The notes under the pieces are model-generated. The model was given only the letters and a program-made list of their open reading frames with translations, did not search any database and was not told the DNA's origin. Positions 44,702-53,587 of a stretch of DNA of 64,000 nucleotides are shown in pieces. How positions within the stretch are numbered: position 1 is the first letter of the stretch; every line of letters starts with the position of its first letter. The translations under genes were made by a program, and so were the position numbers. Origin of the DNA: Candidatus Poseidoniaceae archaeon (GTDB lineage Archaea > Thermoplasmatota > Poseidoniia > Poseidoniales > Poseidoniaceae); contig JBMYNT010000001.1 in the NCBI GenBank assembly GCA_049598575.1, forward strand, positions 8,758-72,757, given 5' to 3'.

Positions 44702-47700
44702 GTGATGGGTGCGAACGCGCTGAACCGTAGTCTCCAACCGAAGGCCGTCATCATGGTCTTGCTCATGATGTTGATGCTTGTTCCACTAACACCCGTTTCC
44801 ACTGCTGCGGATACGAATCCGGACAACCTGCAAGCACAGCACATTGCTGCAACGTTCGATCCTGTTTCAGAGACAACAACTGTGACATGGCAAAACATCG
44901 ACACGTACAATGGAAACGTCCCTTACTACCATTCCGCGACCTACATCGTACATCGTCACACAGAACCGATCACACAATCGAACATCGATGTTGCGCAAAC
45001 GATTGACTCCGTTGCTGCTTGCGAAGCAAACGTCTACGTTCAGTACGCTTGGTGTCTCAGTTCTGCCGGAGGGAACGGAGGACAGCATCCGGGACACAGC
45101 GTTTCTTATCTTGTCGATGCTGGTACCAATGGCACGTTTTACTACGCAGTCACCATCGAATGGGATGACCAAGGAACCACCGTCTCTTACGAGGAACTCG
45201 ACCCGGACGTTTCGACACTTACCATCGGTGTTGAAGAAATCACATCTCCAATCGAAACACCGTTGTACTTCCAAGCCTCTTATTCGCTCGCTGACAGTGA
45301 AACAACACTGACTTGGATCAACTACCACTCGCCACTCTTACCGAACACAGAACCTGCACTCGAGAACACAAGCATCTTGATTTGGCGCTCCACGACACAG
45401 ATTTCTCGTAGCAATGGTGGCCAAGTGTACCAGCAACTGACACCAATTGCAAACCTGTCTTCGGATCAGGAATCGTACGTTCACACCGTTCCTCCAAACA
45501 CGAACGAGGAAGCATACTACGCCATTACCTACTACATTCCAAACAAAACAGGTCCAGGAGAAGATTTCATCGATTTGCGCTTCCTTTCAGGCAATGCATT
45601 GACACAACCAATCCTCGAGGACAACCGTCCACCGAGCCATGTAACCGTTTTCTCCGTGAGTACGAGTTCCGAAGATGATGGAACTGGTGAAACAGAATTG
45701 ACATGGTTTGGCGTTCCTGGCGAATCCGGTGAACGATACGACTTGTATGTCTCTGGTGTTGCTTTCACGTCCATCTATGATACGGGTGTGACCTTCCTTG
45801 CTTCGCTGTATGAAGACCAAGCTCTTGAGGATTCAAACAGTCCTTACCAATACACTCGAGAGTTGCCCATCGGCACCCTTGGTATGGCATACTATTGCGT
45901 TGTAACCGTTGATGCCATTGGACTCTTCAACAATGAAACAAGCGGTGGCTCATGCGACTCTATCGAAGAAGATGCCTTCAGCAATTGGCAAAAAGAGCCA
46001 ACAAACGTGTATGCTGAATTCATTGGCGATCGTACTGTTCGTGTGACTTGGACCGACCAACTCGGTGTCGAGGGTGAGCGATACCACATTTACACGTCCA
46101 ACGGCGTGCCAACCAACCCTCAACAATTTGCCACGCAAACGACGTACCACGGGTTTGTGAACGACAACACGCAAGTGTTCGATATCGTGATGGGGCCAGA
46201 CATTATCTCGGAAACAGGTGCTGTCCTCAATTGGTACGTGTATGTCACAAGTGAGGCACAATACGTTCATGCAAATGGGTCGTATGAGTACATTGGTCTC
46301 GACCAGAATTACTTTGGCCCTGTCGAGATTGATATCACTCCACCAACATGGCCACAGATATCCATTTCTGAAAGCCGTGGAGATCTCGGCTTCGTTGCCA
46401 TGGAGTGGGGGAACCTACAGGAACTGAGTGAGTCGTACCAGATTTGGCGACACAGTGGCGACCCATTTGCGGAATCATCGAGCAGCAGCAGCGATGAAGA
46501 TGGTTGGGAGTTGGCAATGGATGACATCGATGTAGGTTTGCAAAACTCCGCTACGATTATTCGAAATGTACCGATTACGGCTGGCTCAGAACAGGACGCT
46601 TGGTACGCTGTAACAGTCTGCGATCAATTCAAAAATTGCAACAACGAAATCTTGGAAGGATTGAATGCAAATCTCCTTCGAGAAGATGCTCGACCTCCGA
46701 TGGTTGATATGGAATTGGTCAACGAAGAAGGTGTTCCTTACACAAGTCCATCGCTTGTCCCTGGTTTGTACACGGTCAAGATTGAAGTGAGTGAATATCT
46801 CAAGACGACGCCAACCATTGAAGTCTTCTCAGAGGATGGATACAATGAAACAGCTGGCGGAGTGGTCATGACACAGACAGCAGACAATTCCCTTAACCCA
46901 GACAAGGGACCAGAGTACAGTTTCGAGTTCAGAATTTCAGGTAATGAGAAAGCGAGCGATTTGACCATTCGGATGACGCTTGTTGATTTGGCAGACAACG
47001 AAGGTATCATTACCAACACATCGTACAAGATTGATGCTCAATCGCCAACCGTTGCTGTCTACGCTCCATCACCGTCCTCTGAAGGCTCGAAATACCTTTA
47101 CGGGAACAAAATCAACCTGATGTTTGCTGCAGAAGACGATGTACAAATCGGTAGCCTGCAATACCGTTTCACCTTCAACTACGGAGGTTTGACGGGATCA
47201 ACGAGCACCTCTCCTTGGGCCAATGCCGAAGGAATTACCGACATCAACGGCGATGCAACCTCACTCGTCAGTGACATGGAATTCTCTGCAGGAACCTTCG
47301 ATGCAGGCCAACACGCCATCACTGTACGTGCTCTTGATACAGCAGGAAACCAACGAACGGCACAGGTTGTTTTTGTCGTCGACTTCTGTCGAAACAATCT
47401 CGAAGGTGAGACGGTCTGTACCTTCGAGGAAGATCTGAAACCTGAACCAGAACCTGAGATTGTCACGCCTTCGATGAGCGAACCACCGTATGTACTGGTT
47501 TGGATTGCAGTTGCAGTCAATGTGGTAATCTTCATTGTCGCTATGTTGATTGTTCAAGTGAGCTTGTCCGGTCCGAAAAAGAAGAAGAAGGGCGGAGACG
47601 ATGATGAAGACGATGATTGGATGTCTGAATTCATTGGAACTACGCAAGACTTGGATATGGATTCCATCACAGGAACAGGTTCTGCTGCTGAAGAAAAGAA

Positions 47701-48007
47701 GGAAGAGGAAAAGAAATCCGAACCTGCTGAGCCTGAAGACGAAGATGATCCATTCGCTGTCAATGTTGTTCAACGCAAGACGCGACGCAAGAAGAAGGCC
47801 GAGGAAGAGGAGGAAGACGACGATGACGACGACGACGACCTCTCATGGGCTGGTCTTGATGACGACGATGACGATGATGATGATGATGACGAGGATGACG
47901 AGGATGAGAATCCGAAGCCTCGCAAGCGTCCTGTTCGTAAGCGACCTGCTCGAAAGGCAGCACCGACCCGTAAGCGCCCCGTTCGACGCAAGAAGAGCGA
48001 GGATTGA
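44702..48007 (+). CDS. Large type-I membrane surface protein (1101 aa): signal peptide, Fn3-like modules, TM anchor, poly-Asp/poly-basic cytoplasmic tail
   Basis: GTG/ATG start, signal peptide (...VIMVLLMMLMLVPLTPVSTAAD), beta-rich ectodomain with TVxVxW...Y.[IL]Y modules, anchor VWIAVAVNVVIFIVAMLIV, and a tail with D8 and D11/E runs followed by (RKRPxRK)n. Confidence 0.8.
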   Translation: MMGANALNRSLQPKAVIMVLLMMLMLVPLTPVSTAADTNPDNLQAQHIAATFDPVSETTTVTWQNIDTYNGNVPYYHSATYIVHRHTEPITQSNIDVAQTIDSVAACEANVYVQYAWCLSSAGGNGGQHPGHSVSYLVDAGTNGTFYYAVTIEWDDQGTTVSYEELDPDVSTLTIGVEEITSPIETPLYFQASYSLADSETTLTWINYHSPLLPNTEPALENTSILIWRSTTQISRSNGGQVYQQLTPIANLSSDQESYVHTVPPNTNEEAYYAITYYIPNKTGPGEDFIDLRFLSGNALTQPILEDNRPPSHVTVFSVSTSSEDDGTGETELTWFGVPGESGERYDLYVSGVAFTSIYDTGVTFLASLYEDQALEDSNSPYQYTRELPIGTLGMAYYCVVTVDAIGLFNNETSGGSCDSIEEDAFSNWQKEPTNVYAEFIGDRTVRVTWTDQLGVEGERYHIYTSNGVPTNPQQFATQTTYHGFVNDNTQVFDIVMGPDIISETGAVLNWYVYVTSEAQYVHANGSYEYIGLDQNYFGPVEIDITPPTWPQISISESRGDLGFVAMEWGNLQELSESYQIWRHSGDPFAESSSSSSDEDGWELAMDDIDVGLQNSATIIRNVPITAGSEQDAWYAVTVCDQFKNCNNEILEGLNANLLREDARPPMVDMELVNEEGVPYTSPSLVPGLYTVKIEVSEYLKTTPTIEVFSEDGYNETAGGVVMTQTADNSLNPDKGPEYSFEFRISGNEKASDLTIRMTLVDLADNEGIITNTSYKIDAQSPTVAVYAPSPSSEGSKYLYGNKINLMFAAEDDVQIGSLQYRFTFNYGGLTGSTSTSPWANAEGITDINGDATSLVSDMEFSAGTFDAGQHAITVRALDTAGNQRTAQVVFVVDFCRNNLEGETVCTFEEDLKPEPEPEIVTPSMSEPPYVLVWIAVAVNVVIFIVAMLIVQVSLSGPKKKKKGGDDDEDDDWMSEFIGTTQDLDMDSITGTGSAAEEKKEEEKKSEPAEPEDEDDPFAVNVVQRKTRRKKKAEEEEEDDDDDDDDLSWAGLDDDDDDDDDDDEDDEDENPKPRKRPVRKRPARKAAPTRKRPVRRKKSED
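47816..47908 (+). repeat. Coding low-complexity tract (GAY/GAR)n encoding poly-Asp/Glu
   Basis: Runs of gatgac/gacgac codons within the cytoplasmic tail. Confidence 0.8.
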
Positions 48008-48024
48008 ATCGTTGATGTGGTCGA

Positions 48025-49146
48025 ATGGCTGAACACATTGAACACCATCACCACTCCGTCCTCGATGCATTCAATCCAATGCACAATCGATTGAACTGGT
48101 TGCTTGCAGCCGTTCCCATTACGCTGTTTTTTGAGTTTCAGCACAATGTGGAAATGACGTTTCTTTTCTCAATGATAGCCATCATGCCTCTTGCCTTCCT
48201 CATGGGGCATGCGACCGAAGAAATCGCATTACGGGCGGGAGAAAACCTTGGTGGCCTGCTCAATGCAACGTTTGGAAATGCCGTTGAAATCATCATTGCA
48301 GGGCTTGCTCTCTGGACGGCTGCTCAACATGCTGATCAAGCGGAAGTCATGATCCAGTTGGTGCAAGCGAGTTTGATTGGAAGCATTCTAGGAAACCTGC
48401 TCTTGGTGCTTGGTTTGGCACTTCTTTGGGGAGGCTACAAGCATCGAACACAAACCTTCAATCAAGAAGCTCTCTCGATGAACGGAAGCTTGCTGCTTCT
48501 GGCCGTTCTCGCATTGATTATTCCTGCTGCTGCATCGCATACTGGTGCAGATTCCAACATACTCAATCTCTCACGATATGCTTCTCTTGTCCTCCTTCTG
48601 ATGTATGGCTTGTCTCTGTTTTTCCAATTCAAGACACATTCGCATTTGTTTGATGTGACATCGGAAACAGAAGAGAAAGAAGAGCCGAAAATGACGACAA
48701 AGGATGCTTGGATTCTCCTTATTCTTGCGACCGTTTTGGTCGGATGGATGGCGGAAGTTTTGGTCCACAGCGTTGATGCGGCGGCTGAAGGATGGGGCTT
48801 GCCGACTCTGTTTATCGGTGTCATTCTTCTGCCATTCTTTGGTAATGCAGCAGAGCATTTCACGGCTGTGTTGGTCGCTGGAAAAGACAAGATGGATCTA
48901 TCACTTGCAATCGCTATTGGTTCGAGTGTTCAAATTGCTGTGTTCGTTGCCCCACTCATGGTTCTCTTTGCCTGGGCGTTGGGTGTCAACCTTTCACTCG
49001 AATTTGGTATCCTCGAAACGGCTGCAACGTTCATGTCCGTTCTTGTAGCGAATTTCATTCTCAACGATGGGAAAACCAATTGGCTCGAAGGTGTGATGTT
49101 GCTTGCATGTTACACCATCCTCGCTCTTTCGTTCTTTGAGGTGTGA
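48025..49146 (+). CDS. Ca2+/H+ antiporter (CaCA/CAX family)
   Basis: Two alpha-repeat GNA[AV]E motifs (FGNAVEIIIAG and FGNAAEHFTAVLVAG) and about 11 TM. Confidence 0.8.
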   Translation: MAEHIEHHHHSVLDAFNPMHNRLNWLLAAVPITLFFEFQHNVEMTFLFSMIAIMPLAFLMGHATEEIALRAGENLGGLLNATFGNAVEIIIAGLALWTAAQHADQAEVMIQLVQASLIGSILGNLLLVLGLALLWGGYKHRTQTFNQEALSMNGSLLLLAVLALIIPAAASHTGADSNILNLSRYASLVLLLMYGLSLFFQFKTHSHLFDVTSETEEKEEPKMTTKDAWILLILATVLVGWMAEVLVHSVDAAAEGWGLPTLFIGVILLPFFGNAAEHFTAVLVAGKDKMDLSLAIAIGSSVQIAVFVAPLMVLFAWALGVNLSLEFGILETAATFMSVLVANFILNDGKTNWLEGVMLLACYTILALSFFEV

Positions 49147-49703
49147 ACATGTTGGATTCGTTTACATCGAGAGGAAAAGCTGGCGCCGTTCTGATTGCCG
49201 TTGGCATTCTTCTCCTTCTAGCAGGGATGATTGGTTACACACTGACTGGAGAAGTGGAGGATGTACCAACACCAAATACACCCAATCAGGCCTTCTTTGC
49301 AGACGATCCTTTGCCCGAAAACGTTCTCTCACCGCTATTTGCTGCAGAACTCACCATCACGTGGGACCGTGATGATGTCTGGATGGGTCTCGTCGATGCT
49401 GATGAAAAGAAGCGATGTGAAGACGTGCCTAGCAACTTCTTCACGCCAGGTCTGGGATGCGATGGAACGTCAACAAACTTCGTTGCCGGTGATTCCGGTG
49501 CGATCGCTAGCGAAGGATTCAGTTGGGACATGGAGTCTGGAACATACTTCGTAGCTCTCGGCGCAAAAGATGGTGCCCTACCTGCTGGAACAGAAGTGGT
49601 CGTGTCGTATGAAGTGCATATCGGCCATTCGTTGCTGAGCATCTTGCTCTCGTTCGCTGGCATGTTTGCTGGGGGCGTTTTGATGTATTACGGTCGAACG
49701 TAA
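49143..49703 (+). CDS. Membrane-anchored (N- and C-terminal TM) extracytoplasmic protein
   Basis: Hydropathy only; overlaps the CAX stop by 4 nt, suggesting coupling. Confidence 0.4.
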   Translation: MNMLDSFTSRGKAGAVLIAVGILLLLAGMIGYTLTGEVEDVPTPNTPNQAFFADDPLPENVLSPLFAAELTITWDRDDVWMGLVDADEKKRCEDVPSNFFTPGLGCDGTSTNFVAGDSGAIASEGFSWDMESGTYFVALGAKDGALPAGTEVVVSYEVHIGHSLLSILLSFAGMFAGGVLMYYGRT

Positions 49704-50963
49704 TCATTCAACGCCTTCGTAATAGGATTCAACGGCATGGTCCAATTCTGCAATGATGTTCCTCTCATCGAGCGATAAAGTGACGCCATCCTTTCGTAAT
49801 GCGCGTCCATTCACCCATACATCGAGACATTCGCCACCATTGTAGATGAGGTTCGCAAGGTGTCGGTTGTTGGAACGACCTAGAGGTCGCATACGAATGT
49901 CATCCAAATCCCAAGCGACCCAATCTTGACTTCCCTTTGTTGCCATCTTGAAGATGTCCTGTGCTGGAAGAAGCGTTGAATCCCAATGATCGTGACGCTG
50001 AACAAGACTTGCAAGACGAGCTTCATGCAAAAGATTCAGTCCGTTTCCACTTGATGCTGCTCCATCGGTTCCGATGCGGACATCAACGCCCGCATCGCGA
50101 TACGGTGGGAACGAAAGCGTACCACCGCATGCGAGTTTCATGTTGGATGAAGGGCAGTGTACAGCAGTCACATTCTGTTCGGCCATCATACGAATCTCGT
50201 TCTTTTTCACCCATGATGCGTGGGCAAAAATGGTACCAGGTTGAATGAAGTCGATTGAATCAAGATATTCAACTGGGTACAATCCATTGGCTTCTTTGCA
50301 ATCTGCGACTTCTTTCCGCGTTTCACTGACGTGAATGTGCAAACGACCGTTTCTGCGTTGTGCAAGGTCGCTTGCACGTTGCAACGTTTCCTGCGAACAG
50401 AGATAGACGGAGTGGGTTGCAATGGCATATTGCACCAAATCTTCCTGTTTGTTTTGTGCTAGAAGCTGGTCAAGTTCCGTCAAAGCAGATTCTGCATCGT
50501 CATGCGAAGGGAGCGCAGCATCGCTAACAGGTCCACCAATAAGGCCACGAAGTCCTGCGTTGGTTAGCACCTCTCCTGTAACTGCAGGGAAGAAATACAT
50601 GTCTGCTGCAAAGGTCGAACCGGTACGAATCAATTCTGCAGCAGCAGCATTGGTACCTACGCGAACGTATTCCGGCGTGATGCGTGCCTCAGTTGGAAAG
50701 ATTGCTTCATTCAACCATCGATGCAATGGATAACCATCGCTGAAATCTCGAGCATTCAACTGCATGGCGAGATGGGTATGCCAATTCTGCAACGAACGGG
50801 TGAGGACACGTTGTGAGCCGTCGATCACTTCGATAACGTCCTCATCGCCTTTCGATTCCGACCAAGATCCATCTTGGTGAAGGAGGACGTCTCCTACAAT
50901 CTTGTTGAAGTCATCGTCGTACAGGACGGTGTTGGTATAGCGTACTGCTGTATCATCGCCCAT
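49704..50963 (-). CDS. Amidohydrolase (MTA/SAH deaminase or guanine-deaminase-like)
   Basis: HTHLAM metal-ligand motif, HxHVSET..., and a C-terminal GTDGAAS metal-binding Asp motif. Confidence 0.65.
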   Translation of the reverse strand: MGDDTAVRYTNTVLYDDDFNKIVGDVLLHQDGSWSESKGDEDVIEVIDGSQRVLTRSLQNWHTHLAMQLNARDFSDGYPLHRWLNEAIFPTEARITPEYVRVGTNAAAAELIRTGSTFAADMYFFPAVTGEVLTNAGLRGLIGGPVSDAALPSHDDAESALTELDQLLAQNKQEDLVQYAIATHSVYLCSQETLQRASDLAQRRNGRLHIHVSETRKEVADCKEANGLYPVEYLDSIDFIQPGTIFAHASWVKKNEIRMMAEQNVTAVHCPSSNMKLACGGTLSFPPYRDAGVDVRIGTDGAASSGNGLNLLHEARLASLVQRHDHWDSTLLPAQDIFKMATKGSQDWVAWDLDDIRMRPLGRSNNRHLANLIYNGGECLDVWVNGRALRKDGVTLSLDERNIIAELDHAVESYYEGVE

Positions 50964-51045
50964 GTTGATGCCTACCTCTGCTTCTTCATGAGCCTAGTGT
51001 TTGAATCGGTGGGATTATGACCACACGTTCATGCCCTCGGTCAGC

Positions 51046-51118
51046 GCCACTGTGGCTTAGTTGGTAGAGCGTCTGATTCGTAATCAGAAGGTCGGGAGTT
51101 CGAGTCTCCCCTGTGGCT
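51046..51118 (+). tRNA. tRNA-Thr (anticodon CGT)
   Basis: Acceptor GCCACUG/CUGUGGC (one U-U at 6:67), D-arm GCUU-AGUUGGUA-GAGC, anticodon arm UCUGA-UUCGUAA-UCAGA, T-arm GGGAG-UUCGAGU-CUCCC, discriminator U. Confidence 0.8.
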
Positions 51119-51120
51119 CC

Positions 51121-52428
51121 TTATTCCTCGTGAAGAACAGGTGTAATTTCCAGTTGATATCGTTGTGCACTAAGCTCTAGAGCATGAATGCCGGGAAGGG
51201 TTCGGCCTGCAATGTAGTCCAAACATGCGCCACCACCTGTGGACACGTGTCCCATCTTGTCACTCATGCCACGTTGACTGACCAATGTTGCAGTATGACC
51301 ACCGCCCATCAGTGCATATCCATTGGTTTCTGCACAGGCACTCAGCATTTCGATGGTTCCGAGTGCAAAGTCAGGGATTTCAAACACCCCTGCAGGACCA
51401 TTGAGAATGACGGTTCCCGCCTCTTTGATGCGTGTTGACAATGCACGAATCGATTCGAGACCGAGGTCGAACAGTGGAGCATGAATTGGTAACTCTTCGA
51501 GTTTGAGATCAATTCGATTACCTTCCACGTTTGCCGCAACATCGACTGGAAGGACAATTCTGTCAGCGTACGTGGCCAAGAGAGATTTCGCAGAATCTAC
51601 GGTTGGCCCCCAAGCATCCTTCAATTCATTCTGAAGGAATTCGACGTTGCCATCACCGATATCATGGCCAGAAAGGTGAATCGCTAGATTAGCAACGCCT
51701 CCGGTGAGCCACACCTCATCTGCGATGGAATTGTTCAGCATGTTCAGTGCAACTTCGATGCTATCGTCAACTTTGATTCCTCCGAGAACAGCGATGCAAG
51801 GACGTGCAGGTGCATCGAGTGCAAGGTCGAGTTGACGAATTTCGTGAGCCATCAATTCACCTGCAACACAGGGTAGGTGATGTGCGAATCCAACGATGCT
51901 TGGCGAATTTCGATGTGCACAGGCAAAGGCATCGTTGACAAAAACATCAGCAACGCTGGCCAAGTCCTGAACCAGTGATGTTTCAGAAAGAGCGAGTGCA
52001 TCACCTTTCGATCCGACTTCTTCTGGATCCATTCGAATGTTGTTGAGCATGAGGATGTCTCCATCGTTCATAGCTTCAATCGCTTTCATGGCTTTCTCGC
52101 CGTGAATGTCTTGCACCCACTTGATCGTTCGACCAAGCAGACGCCCCAACTCACGGGCATGACCCAGCGTACTGGTGAAATCGTTCTTTCCAGGTCGTGA
52201 TTGATGTGCAATCAAAACGGTCTTTGCCTTGGATAAACGGTTGATGGTTGGAAGAATGGCACGAATACGTGTATCATCGAGAAACGCACGTGTCGATGGG
52301 TCCAATGGACTGTTGATGTCAACGCGAACCAAGACGGTCTTGCCCTCGACGTTGATGTTGTCCAAGGTGAGGACGTTCGCCATTGATTCTCCGACGAGCA
52401 GGGAGTTTTTGATTGCTCTTGTTTTCAT
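51121..52428 (-). CDS. pgk: Phosphoglycerate kinase (archaeal type)
   Basis: VLVRVDINSP, GGGHTATLVSQ and STGGGACLDYIAG motifs. The true start may be the internal MANVLTLD (52383). Confidence 0.85.
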   Translation of the reverse strand: MKTRAIKNSLLVGESMANVLTLDNINVEGKTVLVRVDINSPLDPSTRAFLDDTRIRAILPTINRLSKAKTVLIAHQSRPGKNDFTSTLGHARELGRLLGRTIKWVQDIHGEKAMKAIEAMNDGDILMLNNIRMDPEEVGSKGDALALSETSLVQDLASVADVFVNDAFACAHRNSPSIVGFAHHLPCVAGELMAHEIRQLDLALDAPARPCIAVLGGIKVDDSIEVALNMLNNSIADEVWLTGGVANLAIHLSGHDIGDGNVEFLQNELKDAWGPTVDSAKSLLATYADRIVLPVDVAANVEGNRIDLKLEELPIHAPLFDLGLESIRALSTRIKEAGTVILNGPAGVFEIPDFALGTIEMLSACAETNGYALMGGGHTATLVSQRGMSDKMGHVSTGGGACLDYIAGRTLPGIHALELSAQRYQLEITPVLHEE

Positions 52429-52548
52429 TAGGTTCTGTATTTTTGAATACGTTCAATCTGTTGAAGAGTGATTACCTCCCTTGATTTCGCTCCAAATGCG
52501 ACCTAAGGGTCAAAAACGCGCGTCAGAAGCAGAACAAAGGCGCGAAAG

Positions 52549-53538
52549 GTGATAAGGCAACCAACGTTGTTGTGCTCTATGGCAAAGCGTTCCGAGGATG
52601 ATTCCTCACTCGGAGGTGCTCGACAACGTGCGAGTACTGCAACATCTGCCTTCGGTGTCTCGAAGCGAGAGAGCCATGATTCGTCCACGTATTACAACAG
52701 TCGGATGAATGCGAATCTTGCATCGAGTCGTGATGTTGGTTCACCTCAGAACTTGCCAGAGCAGTTTGAGAATGTCGTCCTCGAACAGGACGCTCGCTCT
52801 TTACCAATGCCAGACAACTGTGTTCAATTGGTGGTCACATCACCACCGTACAACGCTTCGAAGGTGTACGATGATGATCTCTCCTTGCAAGAATATCTTC
52901 GATTGCTCGAGGAGGTGTTTTCGGAATGCTATCGCGTCCTTTCTCCTGGTGGGCGCATGGTCGTGAACGTTGCCAATCTTGGACGAAAACCGTACATCCC
53001 ACTCTCGACATACATCAACAACATCATGCTTAATCTTGGATTCTTGATGCGTGGTGAAATCATCTGGGATAAATCAGCGAGTGCTGGGTCATCGTGCGCC
53101 TGGGGTTCCTTCCAGAGTGCATCAAATCCTTGCTTGCGAGACATTCACGAATACTTGCTCGTGTTCTCAAAAGGTGATTACAAGATGCCACGTTCGAAGA
53201 AAGAGCGTGAAAACGGTCGAATAGATACCATCGAAAAACAGGAATTCATCGATCACACAAAATCGATTTGGAGATTTGCAACGGAACGGGCGAGCCGTGT
53301 CAATCATCCTGCACCATTCCCCGTCGAGCTACCACGACGTTGCATTGAGTTGTACACGTTTGCGGGTGATGTTGTTCTCGATCCGTTCAATGGTTCTGGA
53401 ACAACCTGTGTTGCAGCCAAACAAACAGGAAGAACCTACATCGGCGTTGATCTGTCATCCGAGTACTGCCAGATAGCAGAGGAACGACTCAAACAAACGC
53501 CTGAATTCGAGATGCCCGAATCAAAACCCGTGGCCTAA
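52549..53538 (+). CDS. DNA methyltransferase (N4-cytosine/N6-adenine, beta class; DNA_methylase_N-4/N-6 domain)
   Basis: (S/D)PPY-type motif VVTSPPYN followed by a C-terminal FxGSGTT SAM motif (LDPFNGSGTT). An extra N-terminal region of about 50-60 aa lies upstream of the core; the start is uncertain (52549, 52579 or 52705). Confidence 0.7.
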   Translation: MIRQPTLLCSMAKRSEDDSSLGGARQRASTATSAFGVSKRESHDSSTYYNSRMNANLASSRDVGSPQNLPEQFENVVLEQDARSLPMPDNCVQLVVTSPPYNASKVYDDDLSLQEYLRLLEEVFSECYRVLSPGGRMVVNVANLGRKPYIPLSTYINNIMLNLGFLMRGEIIWDKSASAGSSCAWGSFQSASNPCLRDIHEYLLVFSKGDYKMPRSKKERENGRIDTIEKQEFIDHTKSIWRFATERASRVNHPAPFPVELPRRCIELYTFAGDVVLDPFNGSGTTCVAAKQTGRTYIGVDLSSEYCQIAEERLKQTPEFEMPESKPVA

Positions 53539-53587
53539 TGTCTGTCACATGCGCAGTGATTTTCAATAACGATGCAGGAGGTTAAGC

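Noticed and set aside
47816-47908. (GAT/GAC)n tract as a DNA microsatellite or CRISPR-like repeat
   Set aside because: It is in-frame coding for poly-Asp within a continuous ORF. There is no spacer-repeat periodicity, and nothing elsewhere in the window resembles a CRISPR array.
50999-51007. Shared 9-mer GTTTGAATC upstream of both tRNA genes (also 42203..42211)
   Set aside because: Spacing to the tRNA 5' ends differs (-1 versus -39), so it is unlikely to be a common promoter element; possibly coincidence. Not enough instances to support a motif.
51121-53538. tRNA-Thr-adjacent region as an integrated mobile element
   Set aside because: pgk begins 3 nt after the tRNA and the methyltransferase is followed by ordinary metabolic genes. 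There is no integrase, direct repeat of the tRNA 3' end, or phage-like gene. At most it is an old remnant.
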